Positions 52,861-63,399 of a DNA stretch of 64,000 nt are shown piece by piece. A program made the position numbers and the translations under genes. Each line of letters starts with the position of its first letter. The first letter of the stretch is position 1. Under the pieces are notes generated by a model that saw only the letters and a list, made by a program, of their open reading frames with translations, did not search any database and had not been told where the DNA came from. The DNA is taken from NCBI GenBank assembly GCA_023380695.1, contig JAMCRT010000030.1:3978-67977 (forward strand), written 5' to 3'. The DNA comes from Patescibacteria group bacterium (GTDB lineage: Bacteria > Patescibacteriota > Dojkabacteria > JAKAPS01 > JAJZLI01).

Positions 52861-54438
52861 ATGATAAAAAGATTTATATATTTTGTTTATTTAAAACTTC
52901 AGTTAAAGTTTCTAAAATTTAAAGTTTTGAAAAAAAGACTTGGGGCATATAAAGAGGATGCAGTATCTTTAATCGAGAGTAATTCCCACTCAGATTTAAG
53001 AGCTAAAAGCTCTATAAGTATAAAAAATATGTTCTATATTCTTATTGTATTTTTTGCTCTAACTACAGGGGTTGTTTTTGCAAGCTCAGGGAGTTCAAAT
53101 TTAAATCAATGTGCTCCAGTTAACGGGTCAGGATTGTCTGTTTGGAATTCTTGTGGTTTTACCCCGTCAATTTTTCAATCAATGTCAATTTCAATACTTG
53201 GAAACTATACTCAATATCAAAATTTACTAGGTTGTGGAAGTAATCAAAAGTGTGTTAATTCATTTCATTACACAGGAGGATATGGGGCACTAGGAGATAC
53301 AACAGCACTTATGGGGTATATGTATACAGAGCATCCTGCATCAGGTGTTGGGTATTTTGCATACCTAGGACAAAAAGCAGGCTTTATAAACAATACCTAT
53401 GCTGCGGGTACTTCTCAGGTTACTTCAGAGCCTGTATATGGATTTTCTTTTCTTTCCCCAATAGAACATCTTTGGGCATTTTCTAGAGATATAGCATACT
53501 TACTTCTAGTTATAGTTATTATTGCAACAGGTCTTCTTATTATTATTGGGGGGAAAGTAGGGCAGTCTCAAATTCCAATAACGTTTATGAGTGCACTTCC
53601 AAATATTGTTGCAGCAGTAATATTGATAGAATTTAGTTATGCACTAGGGGGTTTTATGATAGATATAATGAATATTTTACTAGTACTTATTTTTAATATA
53701 TTTAGCTCGGGACTTCAGCATCTTGGGAACACAGGTTTTCCTTCTGCATTTAGTAGTAATTCATATATTTTTCATGTATTTGGAAGCTTACCTGGCGCCA
53801 TTAGTGGTGGATTACAGTCAGCAAGATTAAATAAACTTGTTACGAGTGGAGGCTTGTTAGGGGGACTGTTAAACTCATTAGGTAATCTTGCTTCGAACAA
53901 GACATTTTCTGGGATTATAGCTTTTTTAATAGCTATAATCCTATTATTTACAGCCTTAAAAATATTTATTTTACTTATGAAATCTTACTTGCAACTGTTA
54001 TTCTTGCCGATAGCTGCACCTTTTATGTTTCTTTTTGGGGCATTTCCAGGACAGGGAAAAATGATAGGTAAGTTTTTTATGGGTATGGCTAAAGCAGTTT
54101 TAACATTTGTTATTGTATATGTTGTGTTTCTTTTAATTTACTATTTACAACATGGAAACAATGGAAGTCCTTTGTCATTTGGAAATGGAGCAAATGTACC
54201 TTTGTTAGGATTTTCATATTTTACAAGTAATGGAGGAACAGAGGTGGTTTCTGTATTTATCTCTATTGCTTTGTTTGTCTGGATTCCAAAGATTGTAGCT
54301 GATATGACAAAGGCATTTGGATATGATCTTGGTGCATATGGTACAGAACTTAAAAAGGGATTTTCAGACCCATACTCAAGGCTTACTAATTGGTATAAAA
54401 GAGGGAGAGGTTCTCTGTCTTCCAGAGGTAATGCCTGA
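52861..54438 (+). CDS. Polytopic membrane protein, VirB6/TrbL-like
   Basis: LWAFSRDIAY, ALPNIVAAVILIEFSYALGGFMID, multiple TM helices. Confidence 0.6.
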   Translation: MIKRFIYFVYLKLQLKFLKFKVLKKRLGAYKEDAVSLIESNSHSDLRAKSSISIKNMFYILIVFFALTTGVVFASSGSSNLNQCAPVNGSGLSVWNSCGFTPSIFQSMSISILGNYTQYQNLLGCGSNQKCVNSFHYTGGYGALGDTTALMGYMYTEHPASGVGYFAYLGQKAGFINNTYAAGTSQVTSEPVYGFSFLSPIEHLWAFSRDIAYLLLVIVIIATGLLIIIGGKVGQSQIPITFMSALPNIVAAVILIEFSYALGGFMIDIMNILLVLIFNIFSSGLQHLGNTGFPSAFSSNSYIFHVFGSLPGAISGGLQSARLNKLVTSGGLLGGLLNSLGNLASNKTFSGIIAFLIAIILLFTALKIFILLMKSYLQLLFLPIAAPFMFLFGAFPGQGKMIGKFFMGMAKAVLTFVIVYVVFLLIYYLQHGNNGSPLSFGNGANVPLLGFSYFTSNGGTEVVSVFISIALFVWIPKIVADMTKAFGYDLGAYGTELKKGFSDPYSRLTNWYKRGRGSLSSRGNA

Positions 54439-54452
54439 TTGTATATTTTATT

Positions 54453-55109
54453 ATGAATCTTAGAGCATATTATTATCAAAAATATGGAAATGAATTTGAT
54501 GTATTTGCCCATTTTATAAATACAAATGGACTAGAAAGTGACTTTTTGGAGCTGTTTGAAGTATCAAGAGATTATTTGAAAGATAGCCTAGATTTTGTTT
54601 TGTATGATTATTTTTTTTCAGCAATAGATTTTTTTTATTCAAATAGTTCTGATATAAAATATGATTTTCTTTTCTTTAAAAAAATAATAGATGAGAAGTT
54701 TATTGAGTTTTGTATGTCAGATGAAGGGAAAGAGATAATTGATGAGACACATCTATATTTTGGAGGGAAGAGTATAGATATATTCGATGTTATTTATAAT
54801 AGTAGAGAACATTTTGAAAATTCCGATTATCCTTCTGTTGTTACAAATCTAGAATATTTCAAATTTCTAGATAAATATTCAGATATAAAATATATAAAGG
54901 AGGTAAAAATTCTATCAATGCTTAGAACATTTATTGACAATGGGGGTTTTGGTGGAGAATTTTTCTCTCCATTTAGCAAAGATATGCAAAAATATACAGA
55001 CATTATTATAAATGGAGATTTTAGAGAAATGGATCAAAGAGTTTTCAGAAGTAATATTGAAGAATTTAGAGGAATTTTAGAAATAGAAGATATAGGGGTA
55101 TATGAATAA
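54453..55109 (+). CDS. Hypothetical acidic protein
   Basis: 218-aa ORF coupled to the next gene. Confidence 0.6.
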   Translation: MNLRAYYYQKYGNEFDVFAHFINTNGLESDFLELFEVSRDYLKDSLDFVLYDYFFSAIDFFYSNSSDIKYDFLFFKKIIDEKFIEFCMSDEGKEIIDETHLYFGGKSIDIFDVIYNSREHFENSDYPSVVTNLEYFKFLDKYSDIKYIKEVKILSMLRTFIDNGGFGGEFFSPFSKDMQKYTDIIINGDFREMDQRVFRSNIEEFRGILEIEDIGVYE

Positions 55110-58100
55110 TGGATATAAATACTGCGGTTAGCACATATTGTGACCAATACTATACAAAAGAAGCTCTTTTTAGACTTTTGCGTACTAATAAAATAGATCC
55201 TGGTAATATAACAATTTCTGATGACGAGTTAAATATACTAGTCTCTACAGATCAATATGCAAGATTTGTTACACTGCAAATTGCAGAAAATCTTAAAGCA
55301 AGATTTACTGCAAATAAAAGTACTGTATATAGACAGAGATATCTTAACAATGAGGCAGATTTGCTTTCTAAGGCTATAGCCCCATTTATTGCATCAAGCT
55401 ATATTCCAGATGAAAGAAGGGAAGGTAGAGTAACTGGCATTAACGGCGTACATACAAATCTTAGGGCAAGAGGAAAGATGCTGGAGACTGCAATTGACTA
55501 TTGCCTTACAGTGTATCATGAACATGGGTATATGCCTCAATTAGATCAAACTTTGAAGCCTGTAGGAGCTATTCTTCCATCTGGATTTTCTAGAACCGGG
55601 AGTATTGATATAAGAGGGGGGAACGTTGACTCTGTTTCTTTACAAGATTTGCATTCTGTAATAAAGGAAGTCGCATGGAATGCTGGAATAAGGGCTGGAG
55701 TAAAAAGTCTTACAAAAAAACAAAAAATAGCAAGATTACAGTCTAAGTATGGAATATCTTCTGATGAGGCAGAAAGAATTTATGAAAAATTTTTGGAAGA
55801 GTTTAGTTATATAAATATACTTCAAAAAGATAATGGGAAAAGTTATGAGAGACCTTTACTTGAAAGACACGGAATCTACCCAAGACTATATCTTTGGCAA
55901 TATATATTAAATGATACTAGGGCAAAAAGAAAGGGGTCTCTGTTAGATATTCCACATACATGGAGAATGGCAGCAAAAATAGGGTTTACTTCTGCTATAT
56001 CCTCTGGTCGTTGGGGAAATGTGAGAGACGCAAGTGCATATAGAGACACAATTTTTGGAAAGATTTTCGAACACAAAAAAATTGAATATATGGGAGCTGT
56101 GATGAGTTTTGTTGCCAAAGAAGAGGAAAGAACTCTTCCACTAGTTGTAAGTAGAGAGCGTAAAAGAGCTCTTAAAGGAAGAAGGTTGTGGGGTGCTGAT
56201 AAAACTAACCCATATTTATATTCCGACTATATTGACTCTCAAGTTTTCATTAAAGCAAATAGTAAAAAGATTTCTGATAGATTAGAAGAAACGGTGTCTG
56301 AGAGAAATTCTGTATTAAAATGGTTTCAGAAAACAAAAAATGCAAAAGCAATAAAGGCATATAAAAAGCCTCCTAGTAAGAAAAGTAAAAAAAGAAGAGG
56401 ATTAAATTTTTTAGATTTAATTTTGGCTGTTCCTGCATTAGTTATAGATGCAATAACTTTTCTTGCTACAGATGCTGCTTTAGCTGGAGTAAGTGTTTTA
56501 GGCAAATTAGGAATTGTTAGTGAAGATAGTTTTTTAAGAACTATTTTTTCAGGAAATATGGAAGGAGGATTGTGGGATAAAATTCTTCTTTCATGGGATG
56601 GAATGAAATTTACATTTTCTGGGCTTAAATTTGTATTAAAAGATTCAATTGTGGGGGCAATACCTGGGGCTATAGTGGCAGTTCTTTCAGGGAGTCCATT
56701 GCTTGGTGGAATTGTATCTTTTACAATGTTTGCTCCAAAATTCTTTGGAGACTTTACACAAATGTTTGCAATGTCAGGGCCTGCAGGTGATATAGTTACA
56801 AAAATTGTAGAGGATTTTGGAGAAAAAAGTCTTTCAGGTGGAGAGATTTTGGTAAAATCACTTGGTTCTGGGGTATATATTGGGGCCCCTTTATTTATAC
56901 TGTCTGCACTTTTTGGCCTTCCTATAGGAACTGCAGCTCTTATTACTGTGGGGGTTGTTGGGGTAAGGGCAGCAGATCTTGCTATCTTTGAGAAAGTTTT
57001 AAGTCCAAGATTTATCGACGCAGGTGCCATAGATGCATCTACCGCTCAGGAGGTTTTATTTAAATCAAAATATCTTCTTAATTTTGGTACTCCTAGTCTT
57101 GGACTAGTAATTGCAGGTGCCGTGACAGGGAATATACCTTTATTAATTTTAGGTGGTGCAGGGTTTACAACATCTGCAGTTTCAGATTTCTTTAGAAATT
57201 CTTTGTTTGACAGTATGTCTATTAAAAGTGGGACAGATTTAGTTTCTTCTATACATGGAGTTACAACATTTACGTTGGGTCCAGCAATAATAGGTGGAGC
57301 CATAGGCGGTCCAGTGGGAGCAGTAATAGGAGGAGCTATAGGAGGGGTTACTGGTATTAGCTTTACTCTATTAAAGCATACGGTTTCAGATATAGCTATA
57401 GATCCAAGAATGCGGGTATTTGCAGAAGATGAGAGCAAAATGATAGAGGCTCAAAGAAAACTTATTTCATTTAATAGAAATTCTTTTACTACTGATGCCG
57501 AGAGAGGTATTTTAAGAAACTTTGATCCACGAACAGGAGTAGACGGGAATATTGACAGTTTATTGAGAAGTAAAGGATATGATTTTAAAATACAGGATTT
57601 GAGAGATTGGGGATTAAATGATGCTGATATTGAAAGGTTGTTTAGAGGTAGGGCTACTTTCTCAGGGACAGTTATAGGGGTGAAAAATTTTAACTTTGAA
57701 CTGAAATCATTAAAGGAGAATGTAGAAGCAGTAAGGGGAGAATTTTTAAGGGATTTTGTTAATGAAGATAAACTTGCAACGGATTTGGGAAAGGGAACTT
57801 CAGCTACAGCTCCCATATATTCAATTTTTTTGTAAAGAGAAATTCCAGGATACAGAGACTTAAAGTTGGGTGATGCAGGAAATGTAAACGAACTAAGGAA
57901 TATAGATTTATCAAAATATTTTGAAGGGTCTAAGTTTGAATTGAATTTAAAATTTTTAGAGCATCTAACTTTAAGTGATATTGCCAGTGAAGAGGGATTA
58001 GTCGCAAAATTAGCGGATTTGAGGAATGTGGATCCAGGGAGATTAGTTGATATACAAAACTTTTTTACAGAGAGAGGGCTAGAGGGCGGAATAGATTTCA

Positions 58101-59548
58101 CTAACAATGCTAGGATTGCAAGAGCTCTTGGCAATGTAAATATAGCAGAGCTTTCAAAGGAAGGGATTTTGAATGATTTAGTAATAAAGTCTGGAGATTT
58201 AACGGGTAGCATAGAGGAGCTAACAGGGTTTGATATAAGGGCTGCAGGTCTTAGTGCAAAAGTTTTGCAAGGAGCTCCTTGGTCAATATCAAAAATTCCT
58301 GCATTAATGAGATCTGATATAAAGCTTCCTATACCTGGAATGACACACGCAACATTTGCAGATATATCTCCAGCTATGAACTCAGGATTTATTGCTGGAA
58401 TTGGGTTAAGTCTTGTTGGTGTATCTCCCGTGATTGCGGTGGCTACAGGTGTGGGAGTTATGGGTGCAAGACTGGTTCTTTCTAGTATTTATAGGAGTCC
58501 AGAGACTAGTTTGCCGATAGGTGCTATTGGAGAAGGAGGCAAAGCATTACTAGAGGCTTTTTCTCACAGTATTAACGTAGGAATGGTTACTTTTGTAGTT
58601 GCAGATCTTTTACTTCATAGTATTCCTGTTGCTGGAATGGTAGCCGCTGGTGTAACTGCAGGATATACAGCATTAAGATTTATATTGAAAGGTAAAGGTT
58701 GGTTTAAAGATGGGGGCGGAATTATTAAGGGTATAGGGGCTGCAAAGGCGGACTTTCTTGGAAAATTAGGTGTTCCAGATTGGGCAATTAAAATTTTTTC
58801 ATTAAAAGGTGCATTTGATGTTGGTATGGTAATACAGCTTGATGACTCTTTGATGAATCCTGCCAAATTTATATCTACACTTGGAACATTCACACTTCCT
58901 GCCATTATAAGTTCATGGGGTACGTTAATTTTTGGGTTTGCAGGAGCATACGGTTTAGCGGCGCTTATACTTGGAGCAGGATTCGGGCTTGCAACGGCCG
59001 GTTTGGGGTTAGGGATACTGGTGGTAGGATATGGAATAGATTGGTTAGTAAAAGGTATTACAGGATTTGATATTGGTCATTGGATTTTAGGTTGGATAAA
59101 AACAGGAATATCTGATGTGTTTTCATGGTTTGGAAATCATGCTATGGCTCCAATCTCTTGGGGTTTTGATATCCTAATTACTATGATGCTTTTAATCTTT
59201 AGGACAGATTTTGATATAGATGAGTTTGTGCGTACAATTGTAACTACCGTTGTTATTGTTGCTATATTTATGAATATTTTTGGAGGGGGTGCTGCTTCAG
59301 GAGGTACAAATAGCAATACTTCAAATATTGCAACAAACAATCATACAAAGTCTGGAACTGTTGGGTTTCTAGTGTCCCCATATTCTGGAAAAATTGTAAA
59401 TATAGAACAAAATAGCAAGATTTTGGCAGATACTGTATATATAAAGAATTCAGAAGGAGAAGTAAGTGTTCATAATATATATAACCCATATTTGTATATT
59501 GGTGAACATATAACTAAAGGTTCATTTATTGGGAATACTGTAAAATGA
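55109..59548 (+). pseudogene. Giant Gly-rich multi-TM membrane protein (~1480 codons) split by one in-frame TAA
   Basis: ORFs 55109-57835 and 57866-59548 share a frame; after TAA 57833-57835 it reads REIPGYRDLKLGDAG with no further stop. Confidence 0.8.
56073..57833. repeat. Perfect 28-bp inverted repeat pair
   Basis: acaaaaaaattgaatatatgggagctgt at 56073-56100; exact reverse complement at 57806-57833. Confidence 0.95.
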
Positions 59549-60417
59549 AAGTAATAAAAATTGTTATACCAATAATTGTATTTATAGCATTAATATATTT
59601 ATATGTTTTGAGTATGAATTCTCATAGTAATCTACATATAAAGATAAAAAGTAAAAAGTCTCATATCAATAGTTCCAGAAATATTCCTAAAGTCTCTTTT
59701 CAGTCAAATAAATTCAGATTTTTAAAAAATAATTTCAAGTTTGGGTTTAATCCTCAAAATAACAGTTATTATGTAAATAAAGTAAATTTAAATCCATATT
59801 CTGTTGCTATAAATTTAGGTTTTTCAAAAGCTCCAACAACTATAAATGGTAGTAATAGTTTGGTGTGGACAAATAGTAAGGGACATTTAGTTTATTCAAA
59901 TAATACATACTTTGAAATTTTAAATAAAGGATCTTCTTCTAATATTCAAAATTATAAATCTCAACTGATAAAAAAAGTGTTTAATATGGGAAATATCTCT
60001 TCTGTGGATTCTGAGAATATTGTAGGTAATACATATGTATATAAAATATATCCTACTATAGATAGTCAATATATATATACCAACAATTTTCACAGATTTT
60101 ATGAAAGTATAATTCTTTATTCAAATAAATCATTAAAAAGTTTTTCTATATTACCCATAGATTTGAAAACACAAAAAGGATATTTGAATAAAATTACTTT
60201 AAGCTATATTAATATGAATAACTATCCTTTATATATAGGGAATTTAAATAGTGGAACTATTTCAGGAATAAATATAGGTAAGGTTAGAAATATCTTTTAT
60301 TATGATCTTTCATCAAATAATATAATTCCTGCATATATGATTTATGGAAATGTTGTTATAATAAATAATGGAGATATGAGATATGAGAGTTTTATACCAA
60401 AAATTAAGTACAATTAG
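59545..60417 (+). CDS. Membrane-anchored extracellular hypothetical protein
   Basis: N-terminal TM helix; Asn-rich; ATGA coupling. Confidence 0.65.
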   Translation: MKVIKIVIPIIVFIALIYLYVLSMNSHSNLHIKIKSKKSHINSSRNIPKVSFQSNKFRFLKNNFKFGFNPQNNSYYVNKVNLNPYSVAINLGFSKAPTTINGSNSLVWTNSKGHLVYSNNTYFEILNKGSSSNIQNYKSQLIKKVFNMGNISSVDSENIVGNTYVYKIYPTIDSQYIYTNNFHRFYESIILYSNKSLKSFSILPIDLKTQKGYLNKITLSYINMNNYPLYIGNLNSGTISGINIGKVRNIFYYDLSSNNIIPAYMIYGNVVIINNGDMRYESFIPKIKYN

Positions 60418-62830
60418 TCTCATTTTAGGCACAATATTTTGCATTATGCTTTTTGTTAATGTATCAAATGTACATGCTGCATCATGTGCTAGTTATACGG
60501 GGAATGCTCCACAACATATGGCAGTATCTTGTAACGGTAATCTGTTAACAGGGAAAATAGTTCTTAATAATATTGCAAAGAATAAATTGTCTGCCTCAGG
60601 AATTGGAACTGTAAATGTTAGTATTCCAAATATTCCTTTATTTAAATATTTTGACTCTGTTTCTTCTTTAGGTGTTAAAAGTAATCCTACCAATTTTGGT
60701 ATTCCATATCAAACATATGGATATTTAATGGAGAAATTAAACTATAATCCAAATATTAACTATAATGTCTCTTCTAATCTAAATGGTGTAGGGGCATTAA
60801 ATATTCCATATTCTTGTGGTGCCAGTAATGGGGTTACATGTTCTGTTATGTCTATAAATGGAAATGGTAATTATGGATATTTTAGTGTTCCGTATATTGG
60901 AAAAGCCGCAGACTTGTTTACGCTGGGAAATATATTTTCATTAAGTTCTCCCTATAAAATAAATACAATCTCACTGCCCAATAACTCTATTATAACGAGC
61001 ACTCCAAATTCTTTAATAGGAAAATGTTCAGGGAGTTCTAATGGTTGTGTGAGTGGAAAGAAACCTTTAGACTATAAATTAACAACAGGATATGGGAATC
61101 CTTATACTCTTCAAGGAGCAACAATTAATAAACAAATATCAATTTTAGGTACGATTGGCACATTTTTTAGCAATTTATGGGGTAGCGTAACTTCTGTTTT
61201 GACTGGATTAGCTTCTGCTATTGGCCTTGGGTCTAACCCCCCTCCGCCTCCTTTAACAAAGAATTTTCCATTAAGCTCAAGCAGTGGGTTTTGTCCTCAG
61301 TATATATCTCAACTAAATAATACTGCGCCTATTTCTAATACTGGCCAAAATGCATGTACACAAGGATCTCCTGCATTTCAAGTACAGGCATCATTTTCCT
61401 GTGTACCACAATATAATACATATATAAAAGATCAAAAAATTATGAATACTGACCAACAAAGTGTAAATCAAGAGACAGTAGTTGTGAATGGTTTAGTAAA
61501 TCGAGTAAATACATTAACTCAATATATGAATTCTCCCAATACTAGTTTTCAGTCTGCGCTTGGTACTGGACTGGAATTAAATTCTTTGCAAACTCAATTA
61601 TCTGCAGCCGAGAATACATTGAATACGGATAATAGTGCTTTGTCTGTTGCAATTGCAAATTTAAATATTGCTAATACAAATTTGCATAATTGTCTTTCAA
61701 CCCTACAGACATATGAGACTAGTGGTGCACCATTTTCTTTCCAATCAGATCTTTATTTACAAGGAATAAATAGAATTTTAGCAGACTTTTGGTATATGGA
61801 GGCTATAATGAATGGAGGCCCTCCTATTGGACATACTAACACTCATTCTTGGAAAAATGATGTAAATTCAAAAACATTTTTTCTCAAGAAAAATATTAAT
61901 AGAACAAATCTATATAAAGGAATAGGAATCTCAGTTCCAGTTAATATAACAATTAAAACTTACAGCGCTGAAAATGCTGCTAGTATTACCACTGGGGCTA
62001 CTAGTGCTACATACTATTTCCCATGGCTAGGAGATGCTATACAAATTGCTCAAAATCTTGCAACACATCATTTTCAGCCATATTACGCAAATAATACAAC
62101 ATCTTCCTCTCCAACTTACCCTACCTTAGCTCCTGGTGAATATTATATTAAAGATCCATCAAAGCATCCAGACCCTTTATTGTTATACCTTATTTGCACA
62201 GGATCTTTATCTCCAAATGATCCGGTGGTAAGGAATGCTTTAGGTTCATATAGTGTTTCAAAATTCTTTTCATCTGGGGCATGTAATGGTTCTCCTTCTG
62301 TAAGTACTACATCAGTACCTGCAGGAGGAACACCTACTAGCAATGGATCATACAATAATCCTTTAAGAAAAATATCTAAACTGAACCCTGAAAGAATTGA
62401 TCAAGGAGTTGATTATTCTGGGACAGGGCCAATATATGCCTTAGGTCCAGGAACAATAGTATATGTACATGCACCAAGTAACAGTGGTTGGGGACCAAAC
62501 AATATCTTTATAAACGAAAAATTGTCTGCAGGATCTGCAAAGGGACAATATGTATATGTGGCTGAATGTATAAATCCTACAGTATCTGTTGGGCAATCGG
62601 TAACATCTTCTACAGTTATAGGATATATGACAAATTGTGGTTCAGGCATTGAAACTGGTTGGGCAACAGGTCCCAATGATCTAGCTGCAGCACATAGTGT
62701 TTTTAACGGAAGTAATTCTACAGCTTTTGGTCTAAATTATAGTGAATTATTAGCTTCACTTGGGGCACCTCCGGGAAACCTTAATCTCCCTTTATTAGGG
62801 ACTCTTCCGTCTAATTGGCCCAATTGGTAA
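60383..62830 (+). CDS. Secreted protein with coiled coil and C-terminal M23-peptidase-like domain
   Basis: Signal peptide (VHA|A), Cys pairs, coiled coil, RIDQGVDYSGTGPIYALGPGTIV...VSVGQSV...VIGYM. Confidence 0.65.
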   Translation: MRVLYQKLSTISLILGTIFCIMLFVNVSNVHAASCASYTGNAPQHMAVSCNGNLLTGKIVLNNIAKNKLSASGIGTVNVSIPNIPLFKYFDSVSSLGVKSNPTNFGIPYQTYGYLMEKLNYNPNINYNVSSNLNGVGALNIPYSCGASNGVTCSVMSINGNGNYGYFSVPYIGKAADLFTLGNIFSLSSPYKINTISLPNNSIITSTPNSLIGKCSGSSNGCVSGKKPLDYKLTTGYGNPYTLQGATINKQISILGTIGTFFSNLWGSVTSVLTGLASAIGLGSNPPPPPLTKNFPLSSSSGFCPQYISQLNNTAPISNTGQNACTQGSPAFQVQASFSCVPQYNTYIKDQKIMNTDQQSVNQETVVVNGLVNRVNTLTQYMNSPNTSFQSALGTGLELNSLQTQLSAAENTLNTDNSALSVAIANLNIANTNLHNCLSTLQTYETSGAPFSFQSDLYLQGINRILADFWYMEAIMNGGPPIGHTNTHSWKNDVNSKTFFLKKNINRTNLYKGIGISVPVNITIKTYSAENAASITTGATSATYYFPWLGDAIQIAQNLATHHFQPYYANNTTSSSPTYPTLAPGEYYIKDPSKHPDPLLLYLICTGSLSPNDPVVRNALGSYSVSKFFSSGACNGSPSVSTTSVPAGGTPTSNGSYNNPLRKISKLNPERIDQGVDYSGTGPIYALGPGTIVYVHAPSNSGWGPNNIFINEKLSAGSAKGQYVYVAECINPTVSVGQSVTSSTVIGYMTNCGSGIETGWATGPNDLAAAHSVFNGSNSTAFGLNYSELLASLGAPPGNLNLPLLGTLPSNWPNW

Positions 62831-62875
62831 CAATATGTTCTTGCAAAAGAATTTTAATATATATAGTATATTTAT

Positions 62876-63274
62876 ATGAACTTAACAGAACTTCATACTA
62901 TAATAAAAAAGTATTATCCTTGGGGATTATTAATAATTCTTTTTATACTGATTATTATATTTATAATGTCCCCATCTACTCCTGAGATCAATAAAAATAT
63001 TCCAAAAAGCCTAGAAGTAGTAAATCAAAGTAAATTTAGTGCGAAAGCAATAAATTATAATGGGCCAAATTTCGACATACATTATGTTCCAACTTATCCT
63101 AGTAACGGAAAGTTGAGTGCAGGGAAACTATATGTGGATATAAAGGTAGATGCTTTTTTAAATTCTCCTAATTTAAAAAAAGAGGAATCAATTCTTTTGA
63201 ATAAAGCAAAGAGATATTTATCAAAAAATGGAATAAATCCAAATGAGAAAAGTATAGTGTATACATTTAATTAA
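62876..63274 (+). CDS. Single-TM hypothetical protein
   Basis: 132 aa; TTGCAA-17-TAGTAT promoter. Confidence 0.6.
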   Translation: MNLTELHTIIKKYYPWGLLIILFILIIIFIMSPSTPEINKNIPKSLEVVNQSKFSAKAINYNGPNFDIHYVPTYPSNGKLSAGKLYVDIKVDAFLNSPNLKKEESILLNKAKRYLSKNGINPNEKSIVYTFN

Positions 63275-63399
63275 TGGGAATATATGATTAAGTGGAAATG
63301 ATAGGATAGATATAGAGTGGCTAGATATTTATTAATAAGGAAAAGAAATGTCAGAAGCTATAAAATATAGAAATATACCTTATAAATAAAAATACAAAA

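Noticed and set aside
33811-57833. Inverted repeats as recombinase-driven invertible switches
   Set aside because: The pairs share no sequence and no invertase is in the window. Flipping 33834-34040 would not restore tal because the stop lies inside the arm, and flipping inside dnaN or the giant gene would destroy them.
32677-57835. TAA stop-codon recoding suggested by three in-frame TAAs
   Set aside because: TAA ends most genes here. Two cases are explained by repeat arms, and the third (32677) fits a point mutation in a decaying module.
56326-58905. Long minus-strand ORFs (234, 130, 253, 96 aa)
   Set aside because: Antisense shadows of the Gly/Ala-rich plus-strand gene; the shared peptide KKIEYMGAV only reflects the 28-bp repeat.
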